Below, piece by piece: positions 23,353-34,962 of a stretch of DNA of 64,000 bases (positions within the stretch are counted from its first letter, which is position 1; the number at the start of each line of letters is the position of its first letter). Under the pieces are notes generated by a model. The model was not told where the DNA came from. It saw only the letters and a list, made by a program, of their open reading frames with translations, and did no database searches. Both the position numbers and the translations under genes were made by a program. The DNA is taken from the NCBI GenBank assembly GCA_051530055.1, contig CM121342.1, positions 11,361,480-11,425,479 on the forward strand. The letters are read 5' to 3'. Source of the stretch: Neoechinorhynchus agilis. Lineage: Eukaryota; Animalia; Acanthocephala.

Positions 23353-25846
23353 TTATACACTGGAAGTAGTTTGCGATCCTTCTTCGCATTTAGTATCAGT
23401 TTTATCATCCACGTACGAACTCAATGACCTGACTTGGTCTCCAGAAGCCAAAACGCAAAATACAAACGCAGCAGCGATATTGAATGCAGCATAAGCCAAC
23501 ATGGTTGCTTTCCATACAACATCTCGATACTGTACCGAAATATATAAAAAAAACTTCGGTGCATAATTTCGTTGCCTTACATTATCTCTCGTCCAACCGA
23601 CCAAATAATTCGTAAAAGTGGTTGTAACCGCTGCCCCAGTATAAGCTATGCCCCATACGGTAGACGAAAAATCTGGAGTCATATCGTTCGGTGCCAAATA
23701 CATCCCCCCTCCGGGATTAGCGGCTCTAAACAAATAACGACGACCATTTCAGCACCCATATTTCAAAATTTTCCTTTCTTACACTGCTGAAAAAGCAATA
23801 ACGAGCAAAGAAAATGTGAGCCAATAATTATCTTCAATAAAAGCAAGGATTATAGTCATAGCTCCAGGTAATACACAGCCTAAAATAGAAACATTAAGTC
23901 ACGACAATTACCGTTTACCCACTAACCGATCACAACAAACAACTTTCGCGTTTTTGTGCGACTAAGCACGCCTCTGTTGACCACATAATCGGACATCGAT
24001 CCAAATATAGGTACGGAAATCAGGAATGCAAACCAATATAGAATAATTGGATAATTCGCCTTTCGATGAGCACATTTAGTCAAACATACTATTATTGAGC
24101 TAAATTAAACTTACTTCTCTTAAGGACAGACTGCTCTTGTCTTTGTTTAGAAGGGTCCAAATTGAAGTAGAGAATATGGTGTGGCATACTCTTGTAAGAG
24201 CAAATGATATATAAAAACCGGCCAGTCTTCTGTTGAGTATCAGTTTGATCCAAGGAATAGCCTGTTAATACGAGCTTAAGGGCTCAATTATCCTGTAAAG
24301 GCGTTTATGCATCTTTGTGAACACGTTCCAAAAACGATCAACCCTTTGACAAAATTTAACACTTACGTCAAATCTTGATTTGGTAGAATTCATGTTTCCT
24401 AAGTAACTTTTTTCTTCGGCACTGATGGCGAAATGTTTAGCGGGATTTGAGCGTATGAAAATGAAGCATATCAGAGCCCAAGTGATTCCAAATATTCCTT
24501 TACAAATTCCAATGTAAATAAAGCGATATGGGAACACTTACCTGGACCATAGAAACTCCATGCCCAAGCATAATGCCTTTCCGTTGCGCATAGCTCGATT
24601 ACGAGAGGATTGGCGAATATTATGCCAAGTGGAACACCTTAAAAAAATATATAGACTGATATTCTGTGCGATCTATAGTAATCTACCTGTCTCCAGTAGA
24701 CCGACGAGCTTGCCTCTTTCGTGCTTTGGAACCCAGGCAGTCACAATTTGATACTTTGATGTAAAAACGAGAGCCTAAATTTAGGTTGGGGTGCTTCATA
24801 ATCGTGACTCGTTCCTAGACTCAAACGCAGCTCCATATTCTCTTTTAAGGAGAATTTGACTTTATATAAAATTATAAAGCGATCTTTATGGACAACAAAC
24901 GTATTTAAGTTGAAGTTAATGAAACGAGTGTATGCGGGGTATATGACTAGAGGTGTGTTATTTAGGTACTCGCCTGATAAAGAAGACTCGTCGGGTTCAT
25001 CATCAGTTTGTTAGTTATTAAACGACACTTAAGACCTTAATAACACTCCAGACTAGGTTATAAGTGTCTTTAATAAAAATTCTTTACCAAATGAAGACCT
25101 AAATAACACTTCCGACGAGTTTCGAAGCGTCTTTAATAAAAAATTCTTTACCGGGTGGATATCCAAATATCACATCTAAAATTGTTTCGTAGAAATTAAA
25201 ATGATTTTATTTTTAAAATCCGATATTTCGGCACAATCTTGGGCCCTTAATTTCTACGCCAGAAAACAACTTACATTTAAAATTCAAACAAATAGCAAGG
25301 CAACGACCCGTTTGCTGGACTTCGAATGAAACCACCTTTAAGCTTAAAGCAAACTTACAATGAACATTCCGAGGATTACTCGTAGTCCAAATGCGGCTTC
25401 ATACGCATAATTTGCTGCGATAGGAAATAGGATGCTCACAACGGAAGCTCCAAGGAGACCGATTGGTAGAACTAGATGAGCACCAATATGATATGACAGT
25501 GCGCCGCCGGTTAACTGTGTAATTGTCTGTCCATAATATAGAGCCGAAAATAGATTGCCCATGTCCTGATTGGACCAATCATACCTATCAAGCTATGTTA
25601 AGTGATCGCAAATCGTTGTATTTAATTAAAATGAACACTCACACGTTGGTCAGTAGAGCCATTCTTTATCATGCAGACCTTGGCTACGTGCAGATTTGTT
25701 CTCAGCAGGTAGGAAATCACAAGGGTTACCGTGGCCAACAATATTGTCGTTAGTCTCCATGAAGGGAACAATGGCACTATAGTGATTAATTGATTTCTAA
25801 ACACGGAAAGCAAATACCAGAATGCACCTTTAAGCGTATCTCGCAT
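23353..25846 (-). CDS. SLC17/sialin-like MFS anion transporter (multi-exon)
   Basis: ISYLLRTNLHVA, YDWSNQDMGNLFSALYYGQTITQLTGG, AWVPKHERGKLV, W.WSFY, GMYLAPNDMTPDFS..VWGI and W...MLAYAAF, joined by GT-AG introns. Confidence 0.85.
24980..25250. repeat. Cluster of decayed hammerhead/pLTR-like repeats inside an SLC17 intron
   Basis: The minus strand has aaactgatgatgaacccgacgag. The plus strand has two tandem ...gtctttaataaaaa..ctttacc units and gatatttcggcacaatcttg (59899 family). Confidence 0.55.
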
Positions 25847-27032
25847 TTGTTTCAGGATTTACGGATTTTAACCACGACTTTCAGTGAAAAATATAAAACG
25901 ACTTTGTCAAATGAGGTAAGAGAACAGAGAGTTTTAAAGTGACCTGTGTGTGCCTCATTGAAGAGTACGGTAACCCATCAACGTCGTTTCTTTACTGTAG
26001 GTCTCGGTCGATAAAGTGATCTAAAGATAAAGTTGAACTTTCTAAATCTAAGACATATTTCTAGCTTTAAATAGCGGTATTGTGTCGCTTGTGATACAGC
26101 AGGCTATTTTGAACAATAAAAGGGGCACGTAAATATCAAAAGAACGGTATGGCGGAAGTTTGCAAATTCATGTGATGTTTGAATGCTCGCAGGGGCGATT
26201 TCGCATGGGTTCAGAACATCTTTAAAAAAGGGGACACAGGCGATATAATTACCTAACATGAAAACAAAACGGGCTAAAATCTCAAGCAACATTTGGAGTG
26301 AACTCTCACATATCTGCCTATGCTGAAGACAAATATTGTAGGTAGTATCCGCAACCGTACTCTTGATTTCTACTTAATCTTTAAAAAGTTCCATTTGTCC
26401 TTACACATCTCCGCCATCCCATTATATCGGTATAATGCAAAATAATTGCAAATACAAACCAGAATCCGTTTTTAGGGTTACAAATTAAGTGACAGCATTC
26501 GTAAAATATCCAAACTCAAAAGATCAACATGGGTATTATTCGATTTATGTTCATAAGGAACCGGAGCGAAGATCTCTAAAATGTGCTGATGGTTTTTCGT
26601 ATCAATGAAGCGAAGAGAAGGCGAGGTTCTTTTTGTGCCATGCTTCTCCGAATCAGTCTTCTCATGAAGAGAGGTCTGACAAGGTGAGAGCAGCGCAAAT
26701 ATTGCCGCCGCCGACATTGCACTGCTGAAGATCAGATCGTTCGGTGCATTCAATCGAAAACTAAGAAGTAAGGAAGCCACTATGAACAAGCCTGAGCTGG
26801 TAAACAAGCCGTGGTGAACAGTGTCGTTCTACGGCATTTACAATAGAATCACTTAGCGAAATTACAATCAAATCCTTCATTGAACATTGCTGCGTTTGGA
26901 TATCTGAGATCTGAAAGAGCACTCGATTATCTTAAAAAAATTATCACAGGAAAACAGATTTTTGGTCCATGTACAGAAAATTTTGTTTAAAAAAATTGCA
27001 GCAAATATTCTTAGGCTGATTGAAAGCAATTA

Positions 27033-30000
27033 TAATAATAACACGTTTATTTCTTAATCAAAAGAATAGGAGCAATGTACTTTTGCGCCCTTATGAACAC
27101 TCGATTTCTGATTGGTTCAATGAATGCGGTTGTTGATTTTGGAGTGGATTACGGGTTCGGTTGGGTGAGAATTGGTGGTTATTCTTGTGAGTTTTGGTCT
27201 TTCTTCTTTTTCATTTCGGTAGATGGTATCCGAGAAGATTGGGCAGTGTGGAAGAATGAGGGGGGAGGTTGGGAGAGGATTAAACGAATCGGGATTAGGA
27301 TTTTTTTAGTTCATGTGAAAAGGGAACGACTTTAGAGTTCCTGTTTAAAGGCACTGATGGTTACGCCGGTGAAAAGTGGCGAATTATTCGTCTTAATTGT
27401 TGATGCTCGCAAATAAACACAAACTCCGATGTTTTCCTGTTGATTAAAGGACAAGCTCTGCTTTCTACATTGAATTGAGGTCTCGTGAATGTACATAGAG
27501 CGTTGGACGCATATCAGCTATTGACTTCGAACCAGTGGGAAGCAAACACTGTTAAATGATTTTAAGAAACGGTAAACACTTGAAAATGAGTAAAAATTGA
27601 AGCTTTATAGTTTTTCTCGTTATGGAGCGTTCCACTAGGGTGCAGTAAAGGTTTAATTTAATAACAAAATGGCTAGAGATAGTAAACCCGGCCCAAAAAC
27701 GTAGTCTTTTAGTGAGTACGAATAAAAAATTATATGAACAAGACGTAGTGGGAATAGAGCCGATAACTTTGATACTAAAAGCAAAAACAAAAGCACGCCT
27801 ATGGCGATCGGCGAGACGCTTTACACACCGAACGAATATTGACTCTTTCGACGGAAATGGATAACATGCGACCTTGACGGCTCGGACTCGAAGCCATTCC
27901 ACATCGGCATTCCCAAGATCACTTTGAATCTAAGAGGTTTTTTATTTGAAATCGTCTTTCGCTATAGAAAATAACTTAAGCATTCACTATTGTTGGTACG
28001 AATATGGCAACGATGATTAAAGGTTTGGCGAGGTAATAATAACACGTTTTATTATTGACAAAGTAAAGGAACCATGTAACTCTGGGTCCTGGTGAACACT
28101 AACCAAATGATAGGTTAAATGAATGTGACTGTTATTTTGGGGCGGATGACAGCTTCGGTCGGGTGGGGCAGTTGGTGGCTATTGTTTGTAGGATAGTGTG
28201 AGGTTGGATCTTTTCTCAGGTTCATTTCGGGTCATCATATCCGAGAAGATTGGACAGTATGAAAAAAGGAGCGGAGATATAGGGAGGTGTGTTGTCGGGG
28301 TTGTGCTGGGAATAAAATGTGGTAAAAATTGTGGTGGTAGGGTTGAGAGGCGTTTTATTGTTGGTTTAAAATCTTATAAGGGTATTTGGCGAGCGAAGGC
28401 GTAAAGCGTCTCGAGGTGACGGATTTGTGATTTGGACAGGTTGCAGAAGATGGGATAGTCGTAGATTAAGGAGGGAAAATAATGCTGTAGTAAAATTTGG
28501 GGAGAGCGGGCGAAGAGACTTAAATGGAGGAGGCATCTGAGGGAAATTTGATTGAAATCGGAGACCAAGAATTCAGAGCGAGGTGGCTCGTAGGATCTCA
28601 TTCGTAAGATCGCGGTAGGATATAAACTTGCTAGGTATTGAGAGTATCATTTCAAAGCATTTTAGAGAAGTTCAGGTAGAGTTTGCGATTGGTGTAGAAA
28701 TCTTTAATGTGCATTGTATCATTAGATGTTAAGGAGAGGGAGAGGTGGGGTGATGATTGGGCGATGAAAGTGAGATCGTCAGCATATGTTTTTTTAGTGA
28801 GACGAGAGAGGTTTTAGTTCCTATACAAATTTTAGATGCTCTTTTATGAAACATTTCAAGACGACGGATTTGAGATTTGGATAGGTCGCAAAATACGGAA
28901 TAACCGTAGGTGAGGGAGGGTAAAATAAACTGAAGTAAAATTTGTAGAGATCGGGTGAAGGGATTCCTAAATGTCAGAGGCGTTTGAGGAGATAAATTTT
29001 AAAGGTATTGTGCTTGAGGGAGAGAGTGATGTGCGAGTCCCATTTCAAATTTGATTGAAATTGGATGCCCACAATTCTTAGGGATGTTACTCGTAGGATG
29101 TCATTTAGAAGCTCAGGGGATGATGTGGGGTGGGGGAGAGAAAGTGGAACATTTCGAAGCATTTAGAGAAATTGAGATGGAGTTTGTGATTGGTGCAGAA
29201 ATTTTCGATGTGGATAATTCCATTAGATGTTAACAAGAGGGAAAGATGGGAGGGTGATTGATCATCGAGGGTGAGATCGTCGGCACATAAGAAAAGTTCA
29301 ACGTGAGAAGAGAGAGGTTTGTCGTCGCTTACGATAATAATAAAAAGAAGTGTTGACAGCACAGCACCTCGAGGCACGCCTTCGGTGAGGGAGAGGCTGA
29401 TAGAAGATGTAGAACTGCAATGAATGTATTGTTTGCGAATGCGAAGATAAAATTTGAGCCAGCGGATCCGTTACAAGTTGAGACCAAAATCGGAGCAGGC
29501 CCGGAGAAGGAGTGAATGGTCCACGGAGTCGAATGTTTTCGGTAGATCAAGTTGAATGAGACGGGTGACTTGGGAGGGATTATTGTCGAGATTACCTAGG
29601 ATCGTGTCATAAACGCAAAGTAGGGCGTCGGTCGCAGAAAATTTGGGCCGGAAACCATATTGTAGGGGCGATAACTTTTCGTTCAGAAGTGAAATAGGGC
29701 GAGATTTAAAACATTTTTCGATGATCTTTGAAAGAACGGGTAGAATGGGTATTGAACGGAATGATTCGGCGGAAATAGGATGTCTTTTTTTGAAGAAGGA
29801 TAACTTTAGCATTTTTCAGGCACGAGGGGTAGATGCCATATAAAAAGCTGAGGTTTATAATGTGGGTAAGATGGTCAATGAGTTCGGGGATGATGCAGCG
29901 AAGAGCCCAATGTGGGATTTCGAATTGAGATGACGAATTTCCAGGTAATTCCTTGAGATTCCGTAGTACTTCATATGATGATCGGCACGCAGTGATTGTA

Positions 30001-30420
30001 TATTGAGTCAGGGCAGAGGTTCTGATTAATGGAATCTAGAACGTGTTTTAATTCAGTGGAGGACAAATTAGGGAAAACATACGGGTGGCGTAGACCAAGA
30101 GAGTCCTTGGCGGCCCACCACCATGTTGAGTTGCTACCTGATAAAATTTTAGAGCAAAGGAAGTTTTTGTGGGCGATAATTACTTTGTTAGTAAGTGCTT
30201 TTTGTAAACGATGAAAGCCTGGAGAGTTATCGCGATGGGTTTTAGAAGCTTGCCTTTGAAGAGTGGGTCGCGGTTGGAGATCCTAATGAATTACTTGGGA
30301 ATTGACGAAGCTAGGGAATATTTTATGATTGAGGTTAGGGAGGACATTACCAAGGAATGGTCATTTGTGTTGTCAATCCGGGATAAGTTTCCAGCATTCA
30401 TTTGGCCACAAACGTAAGTG
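27033..30420 (-). mobile_element. Nested/tandem fragments of a CR1/L2-like LINE (RT domain, 3' tails)
   Basis: FRSIPILPVLSKIIEK, QYGFRPKFSATDAL, LDLPKTFDSVDHSLL, PRGAVLSTLLF, ADDLTL. The tail AATAAAACGTGTTATTATTA occurs at 27033, 28034 and (plus strand) 16748. Internal duplicated segments are 28660-28790 ~ 29170-29290 and 28400-28560 ~ 28840-28980. Confidence 0.8.
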
Positions 30421-30543
30421 TTATAATCGTCGTTGTTAACTCGACATATCCTATAGATTACAAGTTTAAAGGCTTTAAGGCACGATGATCATTCCTGAAT
30501 ACTATTAAACGATCAAACGACCTACAATATTTAATATGTTAAT

Positions 30544-30900
30544 TCAGCACTCATTTTCACCTTGTGGAGAGTTCATAGTTGCCACGATTGTAGTGCCCCT
30601 TCGATCATTATCAGCGCTATCGATCAAAATACATTCTGACGGATTATTGTTGAAGGTTATAGCAACCGCTGGGCGATTCCCGAGTCCATCGTACATATTA
30701 TCCTTTTCCAAACATTCTTTCATCAGACCAGAAAGGGCTCTAGAAATATTAAGAATCTGAGTACAGATCGCGGCGGCTTCCGTGGTTGACTCGTTATCCC
30801 TTCCCATGTTTTTGGATTCAATCAAAAGTCCTTGGTCATCAGCTACGATGAACGATGAAACACCCGAACGTTCTATCGCTTCATTTAACGCGTTCTCCAT
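30544..30900 (-). CDS. Roadblock-domain protein, LAMTOR5/HBXIP-like
   Basis: MENALNEAIERSGVSSFIVADDQGLLI resembles LAMTOR5 [31 protein letters not shown]..N...ILI resembles IPVVCLESDNGNIMI. Confidence 0.55.
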   Translation of the reverse strand: MENALNEAIERSGVSSFIVADDQGLLIESKNMGRDNESTTEAAAICTQILNISRALSGLMKECLEKDNMYDGLGNRPAVAITFNNNPSECILIDSADNDRRGTTIVATMNSPQGENEC

Positions 30901-31247
30901 CCTGATTTTAAAAGTTACTTTCGAAATTGTTGTACGAAATTATATTCTTCCGTGGAATGCGTCATCATTGGTCATCACAGTGAAGTTTAGTCTAGGCAAA
31001 AATTAAAGTCGGCAAAATGAGCACAAACGGAGCCGAATTTTTACACAATATTCCATATTCAAATTTTGTCGAAGTTCCTAACCGCGAAAATTTATCCATT
31101 AACTAATCGTTTTTCTAATCAATTAAACAAAATTTAAACGAGTCATGAAAATTGCATCAGCCTTGCGTATTTCCACATTCTTTCGTGCGGGACCACTACG
31201 AGCTGCTCTCGAAGATTCTTGCAAGTGAGATTTCTCTAGGAATCAAA

Positions 31248-32060
31248 ATGGCTCCAAAATCGGATCGAAAAGTGCCAGCTAAACAGAAAGTTGTCAAAAG
31301 TCCGCCAAAGGAAGTTCCAGCGAAGGTAACAGAAAAGGTTCCGGCAAAGGCGGCAAAAGTTCAAGCAAAATCCAAAATTTTGCCGGTTGATTTATCCGCG
31401 AAAACTAAGGCTCAGAGTACGAAAAAGGCTAAAGCGGCCGTTTTGAAAACTCCATTGAAACCCGAGCCGGCCGCCATTCGCCTTCATCCGAAAATGTTGA
31501 AACCGGCCAATGCAAGTCTTAACGATTTGGAATTGCAAGTAGCTCGATATTTGGCAGAAATCGAAGCTGATCAGAGCGACCTTAAACGTCTGAAAGATCT
31601 CTACGCTTGTGGCGCTAAAGAGATTTCGTATGCCAAAGGCAAGAAAGCTCTCGTTTTGTACGTTCCCGTTCCACTTTTAAAAAAGTTTCAGCAGATCCAA
31701 ACTCGGCTCGTCGAGGAATTGGAAAAGAAAATGCCGGGAATGTTTGTTGTGATTTTAGCCAAGAGACGGATTCTACCAAAACCATCAAGAAAAATGAAGT
31801 TCCAACCTAAACAACGTCGTCCGGAAAACCGGACTTTAACGGCCGTTCATAAATCTTGGCTGGACGAGATTGTGTATCCGTGTGAGATTGTCGGGAAACG
31901 AACTCGCATTCGCCAGGATGGATCCCGATTGATCAAAATCCATTTGGATAGACTGCCAAACGTCGAAGACCGAAGCGAATGTCTCAAAAGTCTTTATAAA
32001 TCAATCACCGGAAAAAGTATCGTCTTCGAGGTTCCCGAGTGGACGTACAAAGATTTGTGA
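31248..32060 (+). CDS. RPS7: 40S ribosomal protein eS7 with a ~78-aa K/A/P-rich N-terminal extension (270 aa, intronless)
   Basis: KKALVLYVPVPLLKKFQQIQTRLVEELEKK, AKRRILPKP, KQRRPENRTLTAVH, EIVGKRTRIRQDGSRLIKIHLD. Confidence 0.93.
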   Translation: MAPKSDRKVPAKQKVVKSPPKEVPAKVTEKVPAKAAKVQAKSKILPVDLSAKTKAQSTKKAKAAVLKTPLKPEPAAIRLHPKMLKPANASLNDLELQVARYLAEIEADQSDLKRLKDLYACGAKEISYAKGKKALVLYVPVPLLKKFQQIQTRLVEELEKKMPGMFVVILAKRRILPKPSRKMKFQPKQRRPENRTLTAVHKSWLDEIVYPCEIVGKRTRIRQDGSRLIKIHLDRLPNVEDRSECLKSLYKSITGKSIVFEVPEWTYKDL

Positions 32061-32426
32061 ATGACTTCCAATCACAAAAGAAGATTCGTTGATTTTTGAC
32101 TCTTTGAAGTGTGGTCAGAAACAGCCGTTTTTCTAAACCGATTCGCACTTAAGCCTTTTAAAATTCTTTTTTGTGTGTAGAAATCGTGTCTCAGGTAAAA
32201 TTTTAATGCCTCAACACTTTTTTAAACACGAGTATGTTCCGAAGAACTTTTATCCTCAAAATTATTTTGCTGAATCTAATCCAATGTTCGCCTTTTCTTG
32301 ATTTTTCTTTAAGCCCCTATTCGCTAGCTTTTGATACTGAAATGAACAAAATTGAATTTTGCTTCAAACTCGAATGTTGATCTAAAAATCCAATTCTCAT
32401 GTGTCCTCTTCGTCCTACCGCGTTAG

Positions 32427-33776
32427 ATGAAGGTGAAAGTGCTATGCAGAAATCCCGCCGACTATGTCCGCGAAACTAAATCTGATATTCGGCGACTTCC
32501 TCGCAACTACGACCCATCTCTTCATCCATTCGAACTCCAACGCGAATATACTCGAGCATTAAATGCCGCAAAGACCGAGCGCTTGCTTGCAAAACCGTTT
32601 ATTGGAAATTTAACAGGTCACCGAGAAGGTGTTTGTGCCATGGCCAAGCACTCTCACCGACTTCCTTTATTGATATCCGGAGCGTTCGACGGTCAGTTGA
32701 AATTGTGGAACTTGATGACTCGTGATTGCCTGGACACTGTTAACGTCCATTCCGGATGTGTTCGTTCCCTCGCATTTTATTATGATTCAGACACATTCCT
32801 GAGTTGTGGTTCCGATCGATTGATCAAAGAATGGAACATCGATTCCATCATATCAGGCAATCACGTCCAAACAGAGCCGACAAACTCAATCAAATGTCGA
32901 GCAACTGTTCTTAGCGTTGATACGTTTCGTTCATGTACGGGATTTGTGAGTTGTGGCGGTGATGGAATGAGCGTTTGGGATCGTTCAAGAAACGAGCCAC
33001 TTCACGTTTTCTCGTGGTCAAATGACAGTCATACTTGTGTCCGGTGTAATCCGATTGAGCAGCGGTATGTTCTAAGTTGCGCTAACGATCGAAGTGTTCA
33101 TGTATACGATGTAAGAGTTTCTAAAATTGTGAGCAAAGTTATTCTTCGGATGTGTTCATCGGGTGCATGCTGGAATCCCATGGAGGCGTCGGTGTTTACA
33201 CTCGCAAACGACGACTACAACCTGTACACTTTCGATATGAGGAATCTACGAAGCGCTGAGATGATCCACCAGGACAATACGGCCGCTGTAATGGATGTCG
33301 ACTATAGCCCAACTGGTCACGAATTTGTGAGTGCCGGTTATGATCGAACTATCCGAATCTATGATCGACATTCGGGACACAGTCGAGATGTCTACCATAC
33401 TCAAAGAATGCAACGTGTTTTATGTGTCCGGTGGACAATGGATAGTAAATACATTCTTAGTGGCTCAGACGAAATGGATATTCGGATTTGGAAAGCAAAT
33501 GCAAGCGAGAAGCTTGGTTTGTTGGCTCCACGCGAGCGAGAAGCTCTGGCGTATGCTGAAAACTTAAAAGAAAAGTTCGCGGATTTCCCCATGATTAAGA
33601 GGATTGCGCATCACCGTCATGTTCCAAAGTTCATTTTAAACGCTCAAAGAGAACGACATATCATGTTGCAAAGTGAGTACAGGAAAGCAGCGAATAGAAA
33701 GTTGCATGCCGGGAAAAACAAGAAACGGCGTCCTACTCCAGCAAGAAAACGTATGATTGTTAAAGTGGAAAAATAA
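32427..33776 (+). CDS. DCAF13: DCAF13/WDSOF1 (Sof1) WD40 protein, intronless
   Basis: MKVKVLCRNPADYVRET...RNYDPSLHPFE..REYTRALNAAK, WD repeats, YHTQRMQRV and a C-terminal Sof1 domain (IKRIAHHRHVPK). Confidence 0.96.
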   Translation: MKVKVLCRNPADYVRETKSDIRRLPRNYDPSLHPFELQREYTRALNAAKTERLLAKPFIGNLTGHREGVCAMAKHSHRLPLLISGAFDGQLKLWNLMTRDCLDTVNVHSGCVRSLAFYYDSDTFLSCGSDRLIKEWNIDSIISGNHVQTEPTNSIKCRATVLSVDTFRSCTGFVSCGGDGMSVWDRSRNEPLHVFSWSNDSHTCVRCNPIEQRYVLSCANDRSVHVYDVRVSKIVSKVILRMCSSGACWNPMEASVFTLANDDYNLYTFDMRNLRSAEMIHQDNTAAVMDVDYSPTGHEFVSAGYDRTIRIYDRHSGHSRDVYHTQRMQRVLCVRWTMDSKYILSGSDEMDIRIWKANASEKLGLLAPREREALAYAENLKEKFADFPMIKRIAHHRHVPKFILNAQRERHIMLQSEYRKAANRKLHAGKNKKRRPTPARKRMIVKVEK

Positions 33777-33925
33777 ACGATGTCGAATGCCTCTCCTCAT
33801 CGTTCTTTTTACCGCAACACTTTCACTCGTGCTCAAAATCGTAGCTTCAAACACCGAGAGTGATTCACAGTGAACATTTGACTTGAATACAAAGCGGAAT
33901 TCGAGCACGTTTCAAACCTGAAACA

Positions 33926-34765
33926 ATGGGAAGTGCATTTAAGAAGAAACCGCAAAATCCACAGGTTATTCAACCAGTATTTCCACAACAGCCGCATCAA
34001 CCTTATCCAATCAATGTGCCACCCGGATATCCTGCCGTTCCAGTAACCACACCCGCATTCAGTCCCATTTCTAATGCCCCTCATGTAAACGTAAGGCAAC
34101 CTTTTGCTTCGCCGGGCGGATGGCCCGGAATTACTTCTTGTCCTAATCAAATCGTGGAAACTGATTTTAACCGACTTTCGGTGTTATCTGGACTAGATGT
34201 GTAAACCAGAACGATCGTGTTCTTTTTTGGCTTTGGGAAATTATTTATGTAAATAGAACGAGCTATTTGTTTACCCAAAAACCTCACTTATCATTTCATA
34301 AATTACATGAACTTTTAATTCAACTTACCCTTTAAGTTACGCCAAAGCGTTTTTTGACCGACTGCATCGACGAAAAATAATACGTTTCTCTGAACGGTTC
34401 TTTTTGAAGAAATTAATGCAAAACTTTTTAGTGTCATATTCAATTTATATTGCCTCCCATTTTTCCTGCTCATTTAATTGTTGATAAAAGAACATTAATC
34501 GTTCAAATACACGGTCCGTCGATTATACGAAGAATTTATGCGCCTGACCAATGGGCTCGGCCATCTCGAACGAGAACAATTTCGCCGAATATTTTTAGCG
34601 AGTTTCCAAGGTCTAGCCAATCAGAATCTAGAGCGTCTGGCCGAACAATCATTTAGGACTTTTGATCGAGATTCCAATGGAGTTCTCGACTTTCTTGAAT
34701 TCGTTGCCGCATATAAAGCATCGAGTCAACAAATTAATCCTTTTGGCAATCCAATGGCAATTTGA
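33926..34765 (+). CDS. Neuronal-calcium-sensor-like EF-hand protein with N-terminal MG and Pro-rich region; join(33926..34200,34507..34765)
   Basis: The spliced reading LSGLDV|YTVRRLYEEF..GHLEREQFRRIF...AEQSFRTFDRDSNGVLDFLEF matches NCS spacing. It requires a GT-AA intron. Confidence 0.65.
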
Positions 34766-34962
34766 TCATGTCACGTGCTTGTGTATGTTAGAGAATCCAC
34801 GATCAGTAAAGCATCTTTATTACAAAAACGATTGCGTTTCTGAAATTCGTCTACTTTTTAAAGTGTCTAATCTCCTTCTTCTCATAGAGTCATCCTTGAA
34901 GACAGATCTTTTCTTTGCCATTCTTGTATTTGTAATCAACTGTAGTATTCGATATGCTTTAT

